The translations under genes were made by a program, and so were the position numbers. Under the pieces are notes generated by a model, which saw only the letters and a program-made list of their open reading frames with translations, was not told the origin of the DNA and did not search any database. Of a DNA stretch of 64,000 nt, positions 1 through 14,651 are shown in pieces (position 1 is the first letter of the stretch; each line of letters opens with the position of its first letter). Source of the stretch: Podarcis erhardii (Eukaryota); NCBI GenBank assembly GCA_964252035.1, contig OZ176200.1; one strand, 5' to 3'.

Positions 1-97
1 CTATCTCACTTCTTTAAAACTTTTTACTGACCACTCTAATACGTCTCCTGATTCTGTGACAGCAAAAGGTTTTTCTGACCCCAATCCCCAAAACGTG

Positions 98-100
<3 letters not shown>

Positions 101-133
<33 letters not shown>
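101..133. repeat. (TTA)11 microsatellite (retroelement tail)
   Basis: direct reading. Confidence 0.95.
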
Positions 134-134
<1 letters not shown>

Positions 135-3100
135 ATGTACCACCCATTTTATGCTTTAGCCTCAGCCACTTTTACTGCCTAGAGGGCTGCCCATGGGTCA
201 ATGCAGTCCTTGGACCAAATGAAAGGTTAGCCAAACCTGCTGCACACGGTAAGCGCTTGCCCTCTTCCCTTCCCTTCCTCAAACACAACCAACTGTAGGG
301 ATGGCCTAGTACAGAAGCTTCCACCAGAGGTCCTGAGAACTAGAAGCACTGGGAAGCACTGGTAATGTAATATAAGGCAACGCCAGTGTCCCTAGAAGAA
401 ATGGTACACAAATCCAAAGCAGCACTATTTGTGCTCACAGCATTGCTCCTTGCAGAAAAGCAAGATGTGGGCTGGACTTCAGATTGTACCCACAGCTCCA
501 TGAGGATGGCTAGTATTGCATGTTTATAGACGGGATTCTCCAGCCACTGCACACAATGAGAGATTCTCACTTTTTGCAAGAAGGAACATGGTTGGCTCTG
601 TTTTGCTAATATGTATTTGTGAATACAGTTAGTTAATTATGCACATTGTTCTACTAAAGCCTGCGTGTTTATTCATTTTGATCAGGAGGCAAGCTCATCT
701 ACCCACAAATGTACTAAGATCTTGACAAGTCTGTATTCTAAATTCTAACCTTGTCTCTAACCTTGCTATTAAAATCTATTTTTAAAAGTATACGGTTCTC
801 ATTTTCCTTTGATATCGGCATTTCATTGCACTCCTACTTATTGCTGCCTTTTCTTTTTCTTCTTTTGCCAAATAAGGATTCAGTCTGCTTTTATCTAAAT
901 TAGGTTTTAGAGCAAAGCATTATATGGAAATATCAGAGCCTTTGGTCTTTTTACAAACGTAGTTAGGATTCTCTTGCTACAGTTTTATTTCTCATAATAC
1001 ACTCTGAAACTAAATCACCACCTGAAATAATAAAAAGCAGCTTTAAAAGGGGGATTAAGCAACCACCCTGGCATCTAAGGGTATGTATTTTTCAGTTTTG
1101 TTCTAATGAAGTCCCACACATAGCTTATGCCTTCTTTGTCTGTTTCACAAGCTTATAAAGCTGAAATAATAGTTAATATGAGGAACAAGTCTGAAATTTT
1201 CTATTAAAATCCTGTGTAAGGCTTCTTTTAGATTGTTTAAATTAGCATAAAGCAGACACCAAATAAAGAGGAGAGGAATATGTAAGGATGGTTTTTATTG
1301 GACAGAACTTTCACATTTACCTTCAACTCATTTAGCTTCAAATGTTTTAATGAATGGAAGTAAGATTATACCACCATACCAATGGCTTTACCACAACTGA
1401 GCAATGCTGAGCGTGTTTTTTACAAGTTTGGCTGGCAAGAAAATGTTGCATCATGGAGGACTCCTGTCCACTGCTCAAGCCAGCCAGCCATGGGGACCTC
1501 CTGCATCAAAGTCCATTCTGTTACTCGTTTTCTGTTTCCTCTCCAATAGTTACTGAGCATCCTCTGTCCACTGAACAGACTGAGGCCATGTTCACACCAT
1601 ACATTTAAAGTACTTATCACACCCCTTTATTCAGCGATGCCTTCCTCTCAAGATTATAGGAGCTGTAGTTAATGGAACTGAGCATTGTTCGGAGATCCTC
1701 TAGTCCCCTCTCAAAGTTACAATTCCCAGAGTGGTTTAACAATCAAGGATTTGTAGAATGGAAGAAAGGACACTCACAAACACTTCACAGCCAACTCTAA
1801 AATAAAGTAAATGCATAAAAAGAAAGTCTGCACCCACCCATGATAATTTCTTTCCCTTCTGTTGTTTTACTCCTGGTCACTCTTTGGCTATCGAAGTCTC
1901 ATGGCGAGGGGGTTTTGGTGCACTCTTCACCAAGAAGCAAGACATTGTAATGTGTGGGGGACCAGTTCTATTTCTGAAGCATGACAAAACTTTCCAGAAC
2001 AGTGGGCAATATTTGAGGGGAGAAATTAGCCTACAGTACTAAAGCCTGTGTGCTTACTACAAGAAAGTCCCACATTTCTTCCAGAAAAGAAAATGAGAAG
2101 AGTCAAAACAGAAGCTGCCAAAACATGGAGGGGTTGTTTTTCTTTTTATGCAACTAATTGGAAAAACAACCTATGTTTTGAAGATAAGCAGATCCGTGGG
2201 TTACCTAAAATATTAAAATGTCTAGGCTGGACACATTAGTGCAATGCTTTTGAGAATATATGGCAACTGCTGACTGTAAGAAATACCTAAGTCACTTTTA
2301 GCTGATGTGAATATCTTCCTTTGATCATATTGATGTCAGAATATGAGCAGGCTTTTGGTACTATGAATATTATTATCTCTCCAGTAAGAAAGTCAGTATT
2401 ACCAGTGACAGCATCTTGTCTGATGAGCTAGCTGTGTAGACATTAAAAGTGCAACATCAGCCACCACCATCCGCCATGATTGGCAGGCAGTATGAAGCCT
2501 CTGAAAAGGCCTGAAAGTTATCAGAAACCCACAATCTGCCTGCTGCACTTCAGATGCCAGCTCAAATCTTCACACTGCTTGCAGCTCCTGCAGTTTTCCT
2601 CAAGAGCCTTGAACCAGGTCTGGATATGAATAGAGTCACCCATGACCCTAACCAGGTTCCAGTGAACACTCTTTGAAGGACATAGTAACTCCATGCTAAG
2701 GGATGGTAACAAAAGCTAGTTACAGAACTCAATGGCATTAACATGAAAAAAAGGGATAAGGTATAAACCCTTACTGGACTTATTTTCAAAAGGTCTGAAT
2801 AACCACTCATTTAAAAAATTGATCCTCAAATTGATCACTTTCAAAAATCACTATGCTTGCAATTCCCAGCCTTGCCTTCCCATTAGTCTCCCACCCCCTT
2901 TTGGGGGGCCATAATGTAGAAAACTGGAGTAGGCGTTATATCCTCAATTATTTCATTATGTGATTAAGGCTGAAATCATACGAACGTTTACCTGGGAGTA
3001 AGCCCCACCTAAATGAATGGACTTTACTCAATGGGGTAGCAATACACTATTGGACTTCAGAGTTGCCTGCCTTATAATACTATTCTAATAGAAATTCAGC

Positions 3101-3171
3101 TTCATTTCAGAGGACTTGGAAATTCAAGGCGATATTTACATGGTGCATACTATCAGATATATATGCTTTAA

Positions 3172-3245
3172 AAAGGTAAAGGGACTCCTGACAGTTAAGT
3201 CCAGTCGCGAACGACTCTGGGGTTGCAGCGCTCATTTCGCTTTAC
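3172..3245 (-). mobile_element. Sauria SINE 3' fragment
   Basis: aaaggtaaagggactcctgacagttaagtccagtcgcgaacgactctggggttgcagcgctcatttcgct, homologous to the tail of 61734-61810. Confidence 0.8.
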
Positions 3246-6200
3246 CACACCCCAAAGGCCTAATGTGAAGATTTCTAAAGTTTGTTTAAGCATTTCCTGT
3301 GCCAGATACTCAGCACTCTCTCCATCTGTTTGCTTCCTTTATAGAATAATGATTAATTCAGCATAGCATAGTGCACTCTAATGTATGCGGAAAGCATATA
3401 AAGCTAATATTACTACTTGCAAATTTCATAGACTGTTTGTACAACCTAGTGGGGAAAGCTGGCCAGTGCACCTTTTTACTTACATGTTCAGTGCATGCAG
3501 TTTACTCATTAGCATTCAAAAGTAGACTTCTGCAGACACCATATGGGAGCTACGTTTTCCATTATAGTAAATAATGAATTCATTTGAAGAATATTTCTGT
3601 ACACAATTGCACAGATTAGAACTTCTCATATCCAAAGACCAATACGGGTTTTAATATAAACAAACCCTTACACACCATAGATTTAAAGCAAAGTATTACC
3701 AAAAGACACAAGCTACTTGCTGTTAAAAGAGAAGCAATAGTGGAGTGAGTTTAACTCCTATTTCTCCTGGAATTGGGGAATCTGTTCTTGGTGATTCTGG
3801 TCTGGGAAGTGACCATATTCACCCTCTTAATCTGCTTCCTTCAGACGTTACCAGACCAGTGTAAGAACAGCTATGTCAGGACTTGCATTCCTTGATGTGA
3901 CTTGCTTTGTTGGAAATAGGATCATCTTTATCCTAAATTTAATAATTACCAGAGGTGGAAAGACCACTGCTATTGAGAGTCCCAGAAACCACAGGCATGC
4001 GGCAACCAGAAGCACTTTTGCAAGTCATTTCCTCAAATATAATGCATTTTTATGTGCATTCTCCTTAAAATAAGGCACTTTCATAGACATTATTTGGTTG
4101 AAGACCTGCACTGCAAAATTCAGAGAAGTGAAATTTCAAAGGCTAATCGTGATTCAGTTCAAATATTGGTTATATAAGTGTGAATTAGGCAGCTTCTTAT
4201 TAAAATGCAAACGGAATTGAAATTCTTCCCCCTCCTCACAGACATGATCACCTAAATAACTAATCGGTACTGTCAAAGGTGGCAGTGCTAACCAGTTGAA
4301 AATCCATTACTGAATCCCCGTTGCTGCACACAATGATCCCCAGGAACTATGCATGCACTGCCATTTTTGTACACAGGTCCACATCTACCAGGGAATGACT
4401 TTGCAGATGACTGTTTCCACATTCACATCATTCTTCCCTAGCTCAAGGTCAGCTATTTTTATTTTCATAGTAAATCAATAAAAATATTAACTCATCAGGT
4501 GTGGGGGGGCATCTTGTAATCATAAATTCAGAAGCAGCTCACCAGGTGGGGCAGAGCCACTACAGTAACTTGATGGCAGATAGATCACTGTTACTTACTG
4601 GGAGGGAGGTTGAGGTGGTGCAAACACAGCAGCAGGAGCACCAGATTGGCTCTGACACAGTGTTTGCACCATGCTGACCTCACTGCTGCCTCTCCCTCCA
4701 TGTAATCAACAGAGACCCACCTACCATGAAGCTAGCATAGCAGCTCTGCTGTAGCTGACAACTCACTTCAGCATGTACCGGTAAATATGTATGCTAATTA
4801 ATCTATTCTTGCAGTTCACAAGCAATGCATGGCAAAAAGGACTTTAATATAAATGCTTTGATAGTATTTCTCCCCGTTTCTCTTTTTCCAACATCTGGTG
4901 GTAGACATATTTCTAAATGCTCTCAACAGTGATAAATCTGCATCATATATGTCTCATAAGGTAATAGTCTAAATATTTTTTTCTTTTCTTTAACAAGACA
5001 GCCTCTTAGGTTCTATGCTTCTAGTTACTGAAATTTTACACTATAAAATAATGGTGCCATTTGTTTACATTAGAATCAAGGTTCCATTTTGAAACTTAAT
5101 ACTGTCATCAATTCTCAAAATAAAAGTGTGCCAACAGTGTGGAACAAGGCAAATTAGAACTATATTTTACTGATGTATGTTGTCTTGAAGTTTTGACAGC
5201 AGCTTCACAGAATTTACAAAGCAGAAAATAAGAATGTGACATTTAAGACTTGAATAAATTCTATTTTAAAAAACATAGACTGTTATTAAGTTTCATGCAG
5301 ACTAATTCTATGCATGTTTACTCAGACGTAAGGCCTACTATGCTCTGTGGACTTAACTGTTCAAAGAATTGCAGCCGTAGAAAAATACACATACAGGGAC
5401 AGTCACTCAATTAGAAATCCAGAGCTGGAGAAGGTCTTGCAGACTATCTAGCTCAGCCTCTGCTCAGTGCAGGAAATCCAGAGCTAAAGCATCTTCAACA
5501 GAGGGCTACTCTCCATCTTTTCCCTAAAGACTTGGTTTTGTGCAAGACTCAGTTGGATTTAACGTATTCCATCACTTGGAACTCTGTTTCAGTATTTTAA
5601 TCCCTGAAATTAATGTGGAAATCAGAACTTAGATATCCACTAGATTTTTGCATGTATTCAAATGTTGCAATAAATTTTGTCAAAATATGGAGAAAATATA
5701 TATGTTCAAATATGTATTAACTTATGAACTAAAATATGATTTTGGAGAGGGCATGAACATCAATAGGCAACTTCCTTAGAGACCCCTTAAAACCTCTGGA
5801 ATCCTTAAGTCTCATAGATATGATCATCTTAGTTGCTCTGTCACCTTTAAGTACCTGACCAACTCAGCTAGAAACATAGAATATATTATGATAAAATATG
5901 AGCATTAACAGCTTGTCAGGTGGGATAGACCATTACAATAGCTTCCCAGCAGATGGGTCACTATTGTTTATCAGGAGGAAGAAGGGAGAGAAGTGGGGAG
6001 GTCAGCACTGTGCAAATGCAACAAGGAGCAACAGGAAGCAATAGTATCCCTCCTGCTAGGAAGCATGCATTGTGTCTCCACTCCACCTGGTGATATGCTT
6101 CCGTATATGAGTACTGATAGTTAGCTTTTACAAGGGTTTTTGTTTGTTTATTTTTTAGAGGGGAGGAACCAAATAATGAACTAGTAAGGCAAGAATACAA

Positions 6201-9200
6201 ACACACACACACAAAGAAGATGATCTAAAAATTTGGGTTGGAACATACTAGAAGTGATGATGGTGGTGGTGATTTTGCTAGTCTAGATTTTAATTGAATT
6301 TTTGTTAATATTTCATCAAAAAAAGTTGTAAGGCAATAAACTGAAATGACCAAAAAACCCCACAACATTTTAAAACTCCAGAAGAAGTTTGAAATGGAGA
6401 ATTATGCAGTAATGGTACAATTAATAATACAGAAGAAATCTTTGGAATAGAATACCCATTACTGATAACTCGAGAGCTAGGGCAGAGTACAAAACTTTTA
6501 TCTTGGTTTTCATGAATATAATATGCGGATACATTTTGTTAAAGTGATTTTGATTTTACTGAATGCAGCTATGTCTTAAAGCAATTGAAGATATCATTTT
6601 AAAAGATTACTATTTGAAAAAAAATTGAACATGCTATCCTTAAAAAAAATACATAAAAGAGATGAATACTACATATTACAATCTTTGATAATGACAAAGA
6701 AAATGAAAATGTAGAAAATTGTGCTTTAAATCTTAAAAAGGACAATTTTTTTGGTGCAGAAATGAAGAGAGGACTATTTACATAGCAGATGTCTGGAAAA
6801 TTTGTTTTGATATTTTAGATATGTGGTGTTCATCAGGAGACAAAAGTTATCATGTAAGGTGTCTGCTTTGTCATCTAATTCTTCAGCAAAATTAAATCAT
6901 TTCAATTTTAGCAAGTCCCAATCATTAGTATCCTCTGGCAAAGAGATATACTAAGACTTTATGACTCCAGACCCAGAGCTCTAAGCACTATCCCTGTATT
7001 TATCCTTCCCAAGCCTAGTGGCCTCCAGGTGTGTTGGACTACAACTACCACCATCCCTGACCACTCTGCCTGGGGCTGAAGGGAGCTGCACTCCCAGATA
7101 TCAGGACTGCTGCTCTAGTTACTTATTTTGCTTTACCTCGGGATGGACTTCTTTGCTCAACCCAACCTGATATCCCCTCTCCCGCAGGCCAGGACCACTT
7201 GTAGGGCAGGTGGCTATGGCATAGCCAAAATGACACAGTCCTGCTAGTTGCTCCTGCATATTCATGCAGAATTTTCAGGACCCTTTAAACACCACATAGT
7301 TTCAGTTGTGATAGATGCCCATTTGAAATGTCTGGATGGTTTTCAAAATGAACTTGTTAGTTTCCTGTGAATTTGCTTTTAAAGCCAGATGCAGAACAGT
7401 AAGTAATGTTATATAAGCAGAAACAGAAATAACTCCTTTATCTGGTTGGAAAAGACACTTAGGAACCAACCCTAACTTAACTTTGACAAACCCTCCCCAC
7501 AGTGCATTTAAGGGTCATCGGACATGTAAATTTGCCAGTAAATTTATACTGTACTGAACTGGCAGGGAGTGAGATTACAATAATCTCTGATAATGACAGA
7601 AGATAGTGAAACAATTTAGGGTCTCAATAATTCTGCCATAAGAGCATCACACATTTAGACATTTAATTCAGGGGCAACAACATGTCATGATGAAGTTCAG
7701 TTTGACTGATTAATTTTAACTGTGCAGTTCTTCACTTGGGAAAGAAGAAGGATGACTATGATAAATTGTTATATTACCTTTTTGATTAATGGTTACTTTC
7801 CATTTCATATAATTATCAAGTAATAGTTTCAATGGAAGATGCTGGGAAATGAAACTCCACTCTAGATAACAATATCCCTGTCTGGCAAGAAAAATGGGTC
7901 TCCATTTTCTACACATTGCTGTGCAGCAAGACCAACAGAGAGAAAACCTACGGTTTGTGAATTTTGAAGGATAAGATGGATTTGCGAAAGCACCTGTCCA
8001 AATGAAGTTGCAAGTAGGGTGGGCCAACATGGATTCCATGGCCACTATAGAAATAAAGTAGAAGTTTAAGCCAAACATTTCTGAGATAAAGATTCAGAGA
8101 ATACTATAGATACTGTGGTGCATATCTCCAGCTATACAACAGCTACTATATAAGGCAAGTGTGAAAGAGCTTTCTACCTGCCAATTCTCTCTGGCTGTGA
8201 CATTAGGATTAGATCAGCTCTAAACAGTCGCTTGACCTGCAGAAACCAGCAGTGAAAAATTTCACACCCTAGAGATAAGCATTCATTAGGGATAGGCAAA
8301 TCAGCCTGTTTACATTCCATGTAGGTTCTGCAAGTGTTCAGTTCACATAAGGACCTGCGCTTGCAGAACAGAACTTCCCCTTCTTTTCCTCCCTCTGCAT
8401 GTCCCCTAGCAAAATATCTGCTCTAGGGGTTCCTCAACTTGCAGGAACAGATTTTTTTTTGAGGGGGGGGAGGTCAGGGATAGGAGATGGAGGGGAAGTT
8501 CCATTGAACAAATGGGACTTCTTTGGAAACAACACATGTTATATGTTATTCCTTTTTAAAAAATTCCATACTGACATGATGATTTTTACATGTATGGATA
8601 ATGAGCTGTATATGTACTTTGGTTTCCTCCACCCCCCTTAAATTACTGGTATTGGGTTTATTGCATATTTATATACCTGGATTCTTTCTTTTTTTAAATA
8701 TAAGGCGCTTTGAGACATATTGATAGTTAAGTGGTCTATAGTTAAGTGACTTTTATGCTTGTTTTTGCAGATTAAAACCAACCATAAATTGCAATTTAAG
8801 TGCATATATCTTTTATGCATCTTGAACTTATTATTCCCCTAAAATACGTATTTTTTCATTTTTGCAACTTTTTGGATTAACTGTTTTTACCAAAACTGCA
8901 TTACAAAACTTGAGGTGTGTAATCCAACTAGTTGCTGCATTATAATCTGTTTGTGACTGCATCCAATTAACTCAGTTCACTTTGAAATGCAGACCAACTG
9001 GTTTTTTTTCTTCTTCTGCAAATCAAACTGTTCTTAAAGGCATAGGAGGAAAGCTACTGAGCATACCATGACACCCTACTTTGCACAGATGTAGGGAGTT
9101 ATGGCTATGGACTTTATAAATCAGGGATAGACATCTATACTCCTCCCAGATTGTTCCTGCTCCCCCAAAAAGTCATATAGAATTTTTGTTTTTTATAATG

Positions 9201-9499
9201 CACTTGAACTGTAATAAAGATAATTGCTGTTACTGCTGCCCAGAGCTAAATCCCATGCTTGCTAGTGGATTTTCAACACTTTAATTATTTTCATCAGCTA
9301 TTAAAAAATCTCAGTCCAACTCTCTCTCAATTCACTGTGCAAACATCCTGTGAGAAAGTTACCTCCACTCTCAATTTTAGTTTTGCTGAGTTAATTGACA
9401 GCCTATTGATTGGTACACAAATATTATAGCCTCAATTAATTACATCTGATACTATATTCATAATGCACTTTGATCATGTATTTCTCCTTTATTTTCAAT

Positions 9500-9780
9500 T
9501 AGTCTTGCCATACGTCAGGAAAATTCCCGACATGTCCTAGTTTTCAGGTGTAAAAATGGTGTTAGGAGGGATTTTTGCTGAAGCGGCAAAGTGTCATGGA
9601 AAACCCAGATGTATGGCAACATGATGGGAAAAGCAGTGAAAACAGCTCTAAAAGCTTAAAACCACTATTTCTGATGGAGGCTCCCCCCCCCCCCAAAGCT
9701 GAATAATTTTGGTGGTTTCCTTTAAAAAGCTCAACAATTGTGCGAGTGTATATTTTACGTTCTGAAATATGGCAACCCTA
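9500..9780. mobile_element. hAT-like MITE (TAGGGTTGCCA-type TIR)
   Basis: tagtcttgccatac ... atatggcaacccta. The direct repeat tttcaat abuts both ends (9493-9499 and 9781-9787). Confidence 0.7.
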
Positions 9781-9878
9781 TTTCAATGACCTCCCTCCCC
9801 CAAAGCATGATCATCATTTTACATTCTATCTCTGAATTTCAAGAGATGGTGCCCACCATTATGCAAACAAAGTGGCAC

Positions 9879-9881
<3 letters not shown>

Positions 9882-9921
<40 letters not shown>
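9882..9921. repeat. (AC)20 microsatellite
   Basis: direct reading. Confidence 0.95.
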
Positions 9922-9923
<2 letters not shown>

Positions 9924-12635
9924 ATTTGGGTGAACCCCTGAGGTTTGCATGAGTTTACATGGGAAATTCTAAAAGGGAAACCTCAAAAACAACCCTCTAA
10001 GTGTTCAGTGGCACAGAATGCTGGGAAACTGTGAAGAGGGGAAATAGCCAAAGGGAGAGGGGAAGATATTGGAAAGGCTGCAAAGGGGTCACATTGATAT
10101 AAGAAAAGTGCCCATTTCCTGTTCTACACTAAAGAAGCATTTTTAAATGTTCCCAGGGATATTAGGGAAAGCTGCCTTTAGAAACCAATGAAGAAACCTG
10201 AGATTTGTATGTAACTGAAACTGAGCACCAGTTTGGACATCCCACCCGCTTGGCTCCATTCCCATAAGCATTTGTTGATTCATTTAATTAATTTATTTCA
10301 TAAAATGTATATACCATTTGCTTGCAAAGAAACTCAAAGTGGTTTACAAAGTATATGTGATTAACATGTGCTCACATTTAATATTTGTTGCTGGCCTTCC
10401 CTCTGTCGTTTTTGTCCACTGTTGTGATTACATTAATAAACCAGCAGTGGAAGTGTCTGTTTCTATTTTGGGCTGTCTTCAATGCAGCACTAAATTAAAG
10501 TCACTTAGTGGTACATACTGTATATGTATTGGTTGGCAAACTGTTTTGTGCAAGGGAATAAGCAAGCAGCTTGCTTGCAACTTTGTTGCAATCTGTTGCA
10601 CAATTACAGTACCTTTGCTAAGGCAACTGCTGCTTTGGATTCTGATTTGCAACATTAAAACTCATCTAGCACAGGCCAACCTAACTTTCGTTTAGTGCAG
10701 CACAGAAGTTTTTTTTAAAAAAGTCTGAGGGTGAGCAAAGTAGCTCCAAGTCCTTCTCTTGAAACTTTTGCATGGTTCCTGCAAGCGATAGTTTGGGTTA
10801 CTGTGGCATGCGGACAAAGGCATTGGGATAATTTTTATTGGTGAACATGATACAAGATTTTAAATTTAGCAAAGCCCTGTCCCATGAATGTGGATGTTGA
10901 AAAAGTGTCACTGGGCCTATTTTACCATGTCTAATCTCATGTAAGAGTTTATGTATCCAGGCAATTTCTAATGTATTTAATTTCATAACAATTACCTGAC
11001 TGAATGACTTTAGCCAATGGATTTTTAAACAATTAAAAACCCAAGCAAGCATATTTTTGGCACAAATTCAAATGGTTGAACACTACAAAACCATTCTAGG
11101 CTAGAAGAGCTACTTTAGTTTCCCCTGAGATAATGATTTTTGTATATAAATATTCATGCTGAACAGGAAATAATTAGTTTTTGGTGCATGTCCTTAGTCT
11201 AATTTGTGGATAAAAGCACATTTTTTCCAAGAAAGGAAGGCAGAGAAAAGGATGTGAGATTTGTGGATTTAAAATATTTTGGATATGATAGAAGGCTGCT
11301 AATAATATAATTTCTTCTGTTACAAATCAAAGGAAACTTCAGGAAGACTAAATAGTGTTTAAAATCATACATAAAGAATTACTAGTAATGTATGGCTCCA
11401 TCCAGCTAGGGCTCTCCCATGAAGATATACTTGGTGACTGAACCGCCCATAAGGTTACTGATCAATGCAGCAGCCTGGGTGTTTTATACGTAAAATAAGC
11501 TGCAACCATGCTGATCAGGAATTCAGAGGGTAAGTGGCAGACTAGATTTAGTTCCTCCTGCGTACCCTGTCCCCAAAAGTAATTGAACGTCATTCTGCAG
11601 ACATCAACATATGCAGGTCCAACATGCTGTTGGATCAGGGCTGCTGATGTGCATCAAAATATGCACATCATTTGGAAGAAGAAAAATATGGATTTCATTC
11701 ACTTCACTTTGAAGCACCTGAATGCAGAGGTATTTTCACAGAGCATAACAAAGCACTTGATGCACAGGTTGTTTATGGGGAATTGGGGGCTTCTGTGTCC
11801 CTCCCCTTTCCATGTTCAGCTCTCTCCTTTCTCCACAACAATTGTGGCCTTGATCAAATGGACAGAGTAGCATGTGGGACAAACAAATGGCCTCAAGTGA
11901 TGCTTATGCATGTACTGCAAGGGAGTGGGGGGACTTTCTGATGCCTGTAAAGATGCTTCTGCTCTTGATGAACTGGAGTGTGTCTCATATGTTTGATTAC
12001 TAGCTCACTGTGCCACACCACTGGTGATATAACAAACATTAGTAATGTCTGAGAAGAAGATTATTTTCTGTATGAGGAAACTGTGGTTTAATTCTCCATT
12101 CATTCTGCCGGAGTAAAGAATTTCCATCTATACCCATATGCCAAGTTGCAATGCATAAACTATAGCTATTTATTACAGCACTGTGTCATTTGTCACTTTT
12201 ATAGAATTCACCATATTTTCCAGGCTATAAAATGAAATAAAATTATGCAGCAATGATGTATGCCATCATTACTTCTCATTTCCAGTGTTTGGATTATATT
12301 CAGCTTCACAAAACAAGCTTGATTTATAAAGTGAATAAATAACAATAGCCTTCAACTCTATATATCTACTGAGGCTTCATTAGTGGCCATAAGATTCTGC
12401 AACATTATTCAAAGAACACTCTTGGATCAAATTAAATCCAGCCTCCTACAAGTAAGAAATTTAAATGAAGGGGCAGTATCAAATGTAGTCTGATAGACTA
12501 ATGGCTAATCTGCCTCTCTGCATGTCTGCATTTGCTTTTTGTTTTGTTGGGGGTGGGGGGGGGTGGAAGGCGCTTAAAAAAACTATACAAAGAAAATACT
12601 GCAACCAAAGTGCCTTAGGATGAAATGCAACTCAC

Positions 12636-12653
12636 CAGGCGAAGTACAATGCA
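12636..12653 (-). other. Candidate 18-nt microexon of an unidentified minus-strand gene
   Basis: ...ctaatcttgttagctgctactttcatttccattcatgctttag / TGCATTGTACTTCGCCTG / gtgagt. It has a branch-like ctaat, a pyrimidine tract, UGC just upstream of AG, a consensus donor, a length divisible by 3, and no stop in any frame. Confidence 0.5.
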
Positions 12654-14159
12654 CTAAAGCATGAATGGAAATGAAAGTAGCAGCTAACAAGATTAGAATG
12701 AGATAGAAAATGGGGAAGGAAATAAGGTAAGACAGAATTAGATTAGATTTTTGGTAATATTTCCCAGCAAAGGTATATTATCTTAAAGGTTTCAGTACAG
12801 CTTATATCACGGTGTACCAGGAAGCAAAGGGAGGAAAGGATTTCATGTTTCACTCAAAAAGAATTTTGAGCATTACTAATGATTTTTTAAAAAATGGCAA
12901 AATGCTCAAGACACTTTTCTGCATTATATTACTGCTGAATAATTTCTAGCAAATAACCTCTCTGTAAGCATTTTGAGCCATCATATGTCCTAATTTGTAA
13001 GGATTCTCAGAGTAGCAGATTGGATCTTTCTAAGTTGCATGGGCTGGCTTGTTTTTACTCCCCAGTCACCTCTGGATAGCAGCCAAAGCTTTATTTTTGC
13101 CTCTGTGGGTTCATGTTTACACACAGCTTTTTGGGAAAGATTATTACGATGTTTGATTTAGGTTTTCAATCTACCACCTGCTTCTCCCTGATAGGTCTAA
13201 AGGGGAGTAGCAAGGGAGGATGAAAAAGTAGGAGACCATCTGGAAACTGTCAAAGAAGCAAAGATATCACAGCCTCAGGAAGGTCGCCTTTACAATGCTT
13301 TATTTGTCAACTTTGTCAGGAACATTCCCCCACCAACTCACTGGAACTTCTTTAGCATAGTGCTAAGCACTTCGTCCTTCACAGTGAGCCTTGAACATTA
13401 TCAGTCAGGTACAGCATCTGAAGAAAACTATTCAATATCCCTAAGAAAAGAATCTATCTTTATGGTCCGTTCCATGGGATAATTTCTCATGGGATAAAAT
13501 AATTATTAATTCTTTGCACTGGTATTCTGATTATTGATGCTGTTATTCATTAGACTTGCTAGCAGCTTGTTACTCAAAAGCATCCAAGCGATTTACAACA
13601 CATTTCAAAACATAAACACAAATCCATTAAAGAAGAAATGCATACCCAAAGGCAAAGGCCTGGCCAGGGCGGTTGTCCTCTTATATACCTGCTGGGATTG
13701 ACAAGGCATCTGACCCTCACCTGAATCTCATAACTCTCCTGACAGGTGATCTGGTCTGCAGCCACAGTTTGGAAATAAAGGATGAGATTGCCCACCGGAT
13801 ATCACTCTACTATTCAAATTAGCCCCCAGTGTTTTTGTTACAATCCCCTCCTCAATTAAGTAATCAATTTTAATCTAGAATTTAAATTCTCAAAACTTTC
13901 TTATTTGTTAATTCGAGCAAGTACGCTACTGCTCTCACTTCATTACAAGCAGTATTTCTACCTGCAACACACTTGAGCAAACCTGTTCCTCTTCCTTTCA
14001 CATATATATTTTGTTGCCATTTGCAACTGTAGCTGCCTCTGATTAGTTATCATTTAACTCTTTGGGAAAATAATTAGCATCACACATCATGTGCATGGAA
14101 GTTGCTGAACCAATTAACCAACTAGAAGGATTACTGTTAATAGCACCAGTTTTCCTATA

Positions 14160-14357
14160 CAGTGGTACATTGGGTTAAGTACTTAATTTGTTCTGGAGGT
14201 CCTTACTTAACGTGAAGCACCACTTTAGCTAATGGGGCCTCCTGCTGCCGGAGCACAATTTCTGTTCTCATCCTGAAGCAAAGTTCTTAACCTGAAGCAC
14301 TATTTTTAGGTTAGCGGAGGCTGTAACCTGAAGTGTATGTAACCCGAGGTACCACTG
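14160..14357. mobile_element. Tc1/mariner-type MITE, complete
   Basis: TA-cagtggtacattgggttaag ... gtaacccgaggtaccactg-TA: imperfect TIRs with a TA duplication. About 200 bp and homologous to 52233-52423. Confidence 0.9.
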
Positions 14358-14617
14358 TAACTTGATATTGCTGGATAGTTTTGATGAACTGCAAAAGCAT
14401 TTTTATTTTGCTTTTTGTTGCCACCCTGGAACTTGTCTTTATTAGTGCCACTTTGTTTTGTACGATTCCTTGCAAATGAAGGAAAACAACTTTTCTGCTT
14501 GTATATGTTGATAATATAGTTTTGGTTACTGAGAATGAACAATATTGTACAAAAACAAGACTGGGCATAGGCCTGGCCAGGACATAGGCGTCCTGACTGT
14601 GACAAAGGTGACCTGTG

Positions 14618-14651
14618 TGCTTGCTTGCTTGCTTGCTTGTTTGCTTGCTTG
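14618..14651. repeat. (TGCT)n microsatellite
   Basis: direct reading. Confidence 0.9.

Noticed and set aside
340-579. Possible LTR-retrotransposon RNase H-like peptide (LCTISSRDTGVALYY)
   Set aside because: The resemblance is too weak, and there are no flanking pol motifs or LTRs.
6330-6830. Possible ancient L1 ORF2 3' remnant
   Set aside because: It is very AT-rich and L1-like in composition, but I could not recover a diagnostic motif.
11607-11670. Paired hairpins (tccaaca/tgttgga; tgatgtgcat/atgcacatca) as a miRNA or ncRNA
   Set aside because: The stems are short and typical of decayed palindromic MITE fragments, which are abundant in this window.
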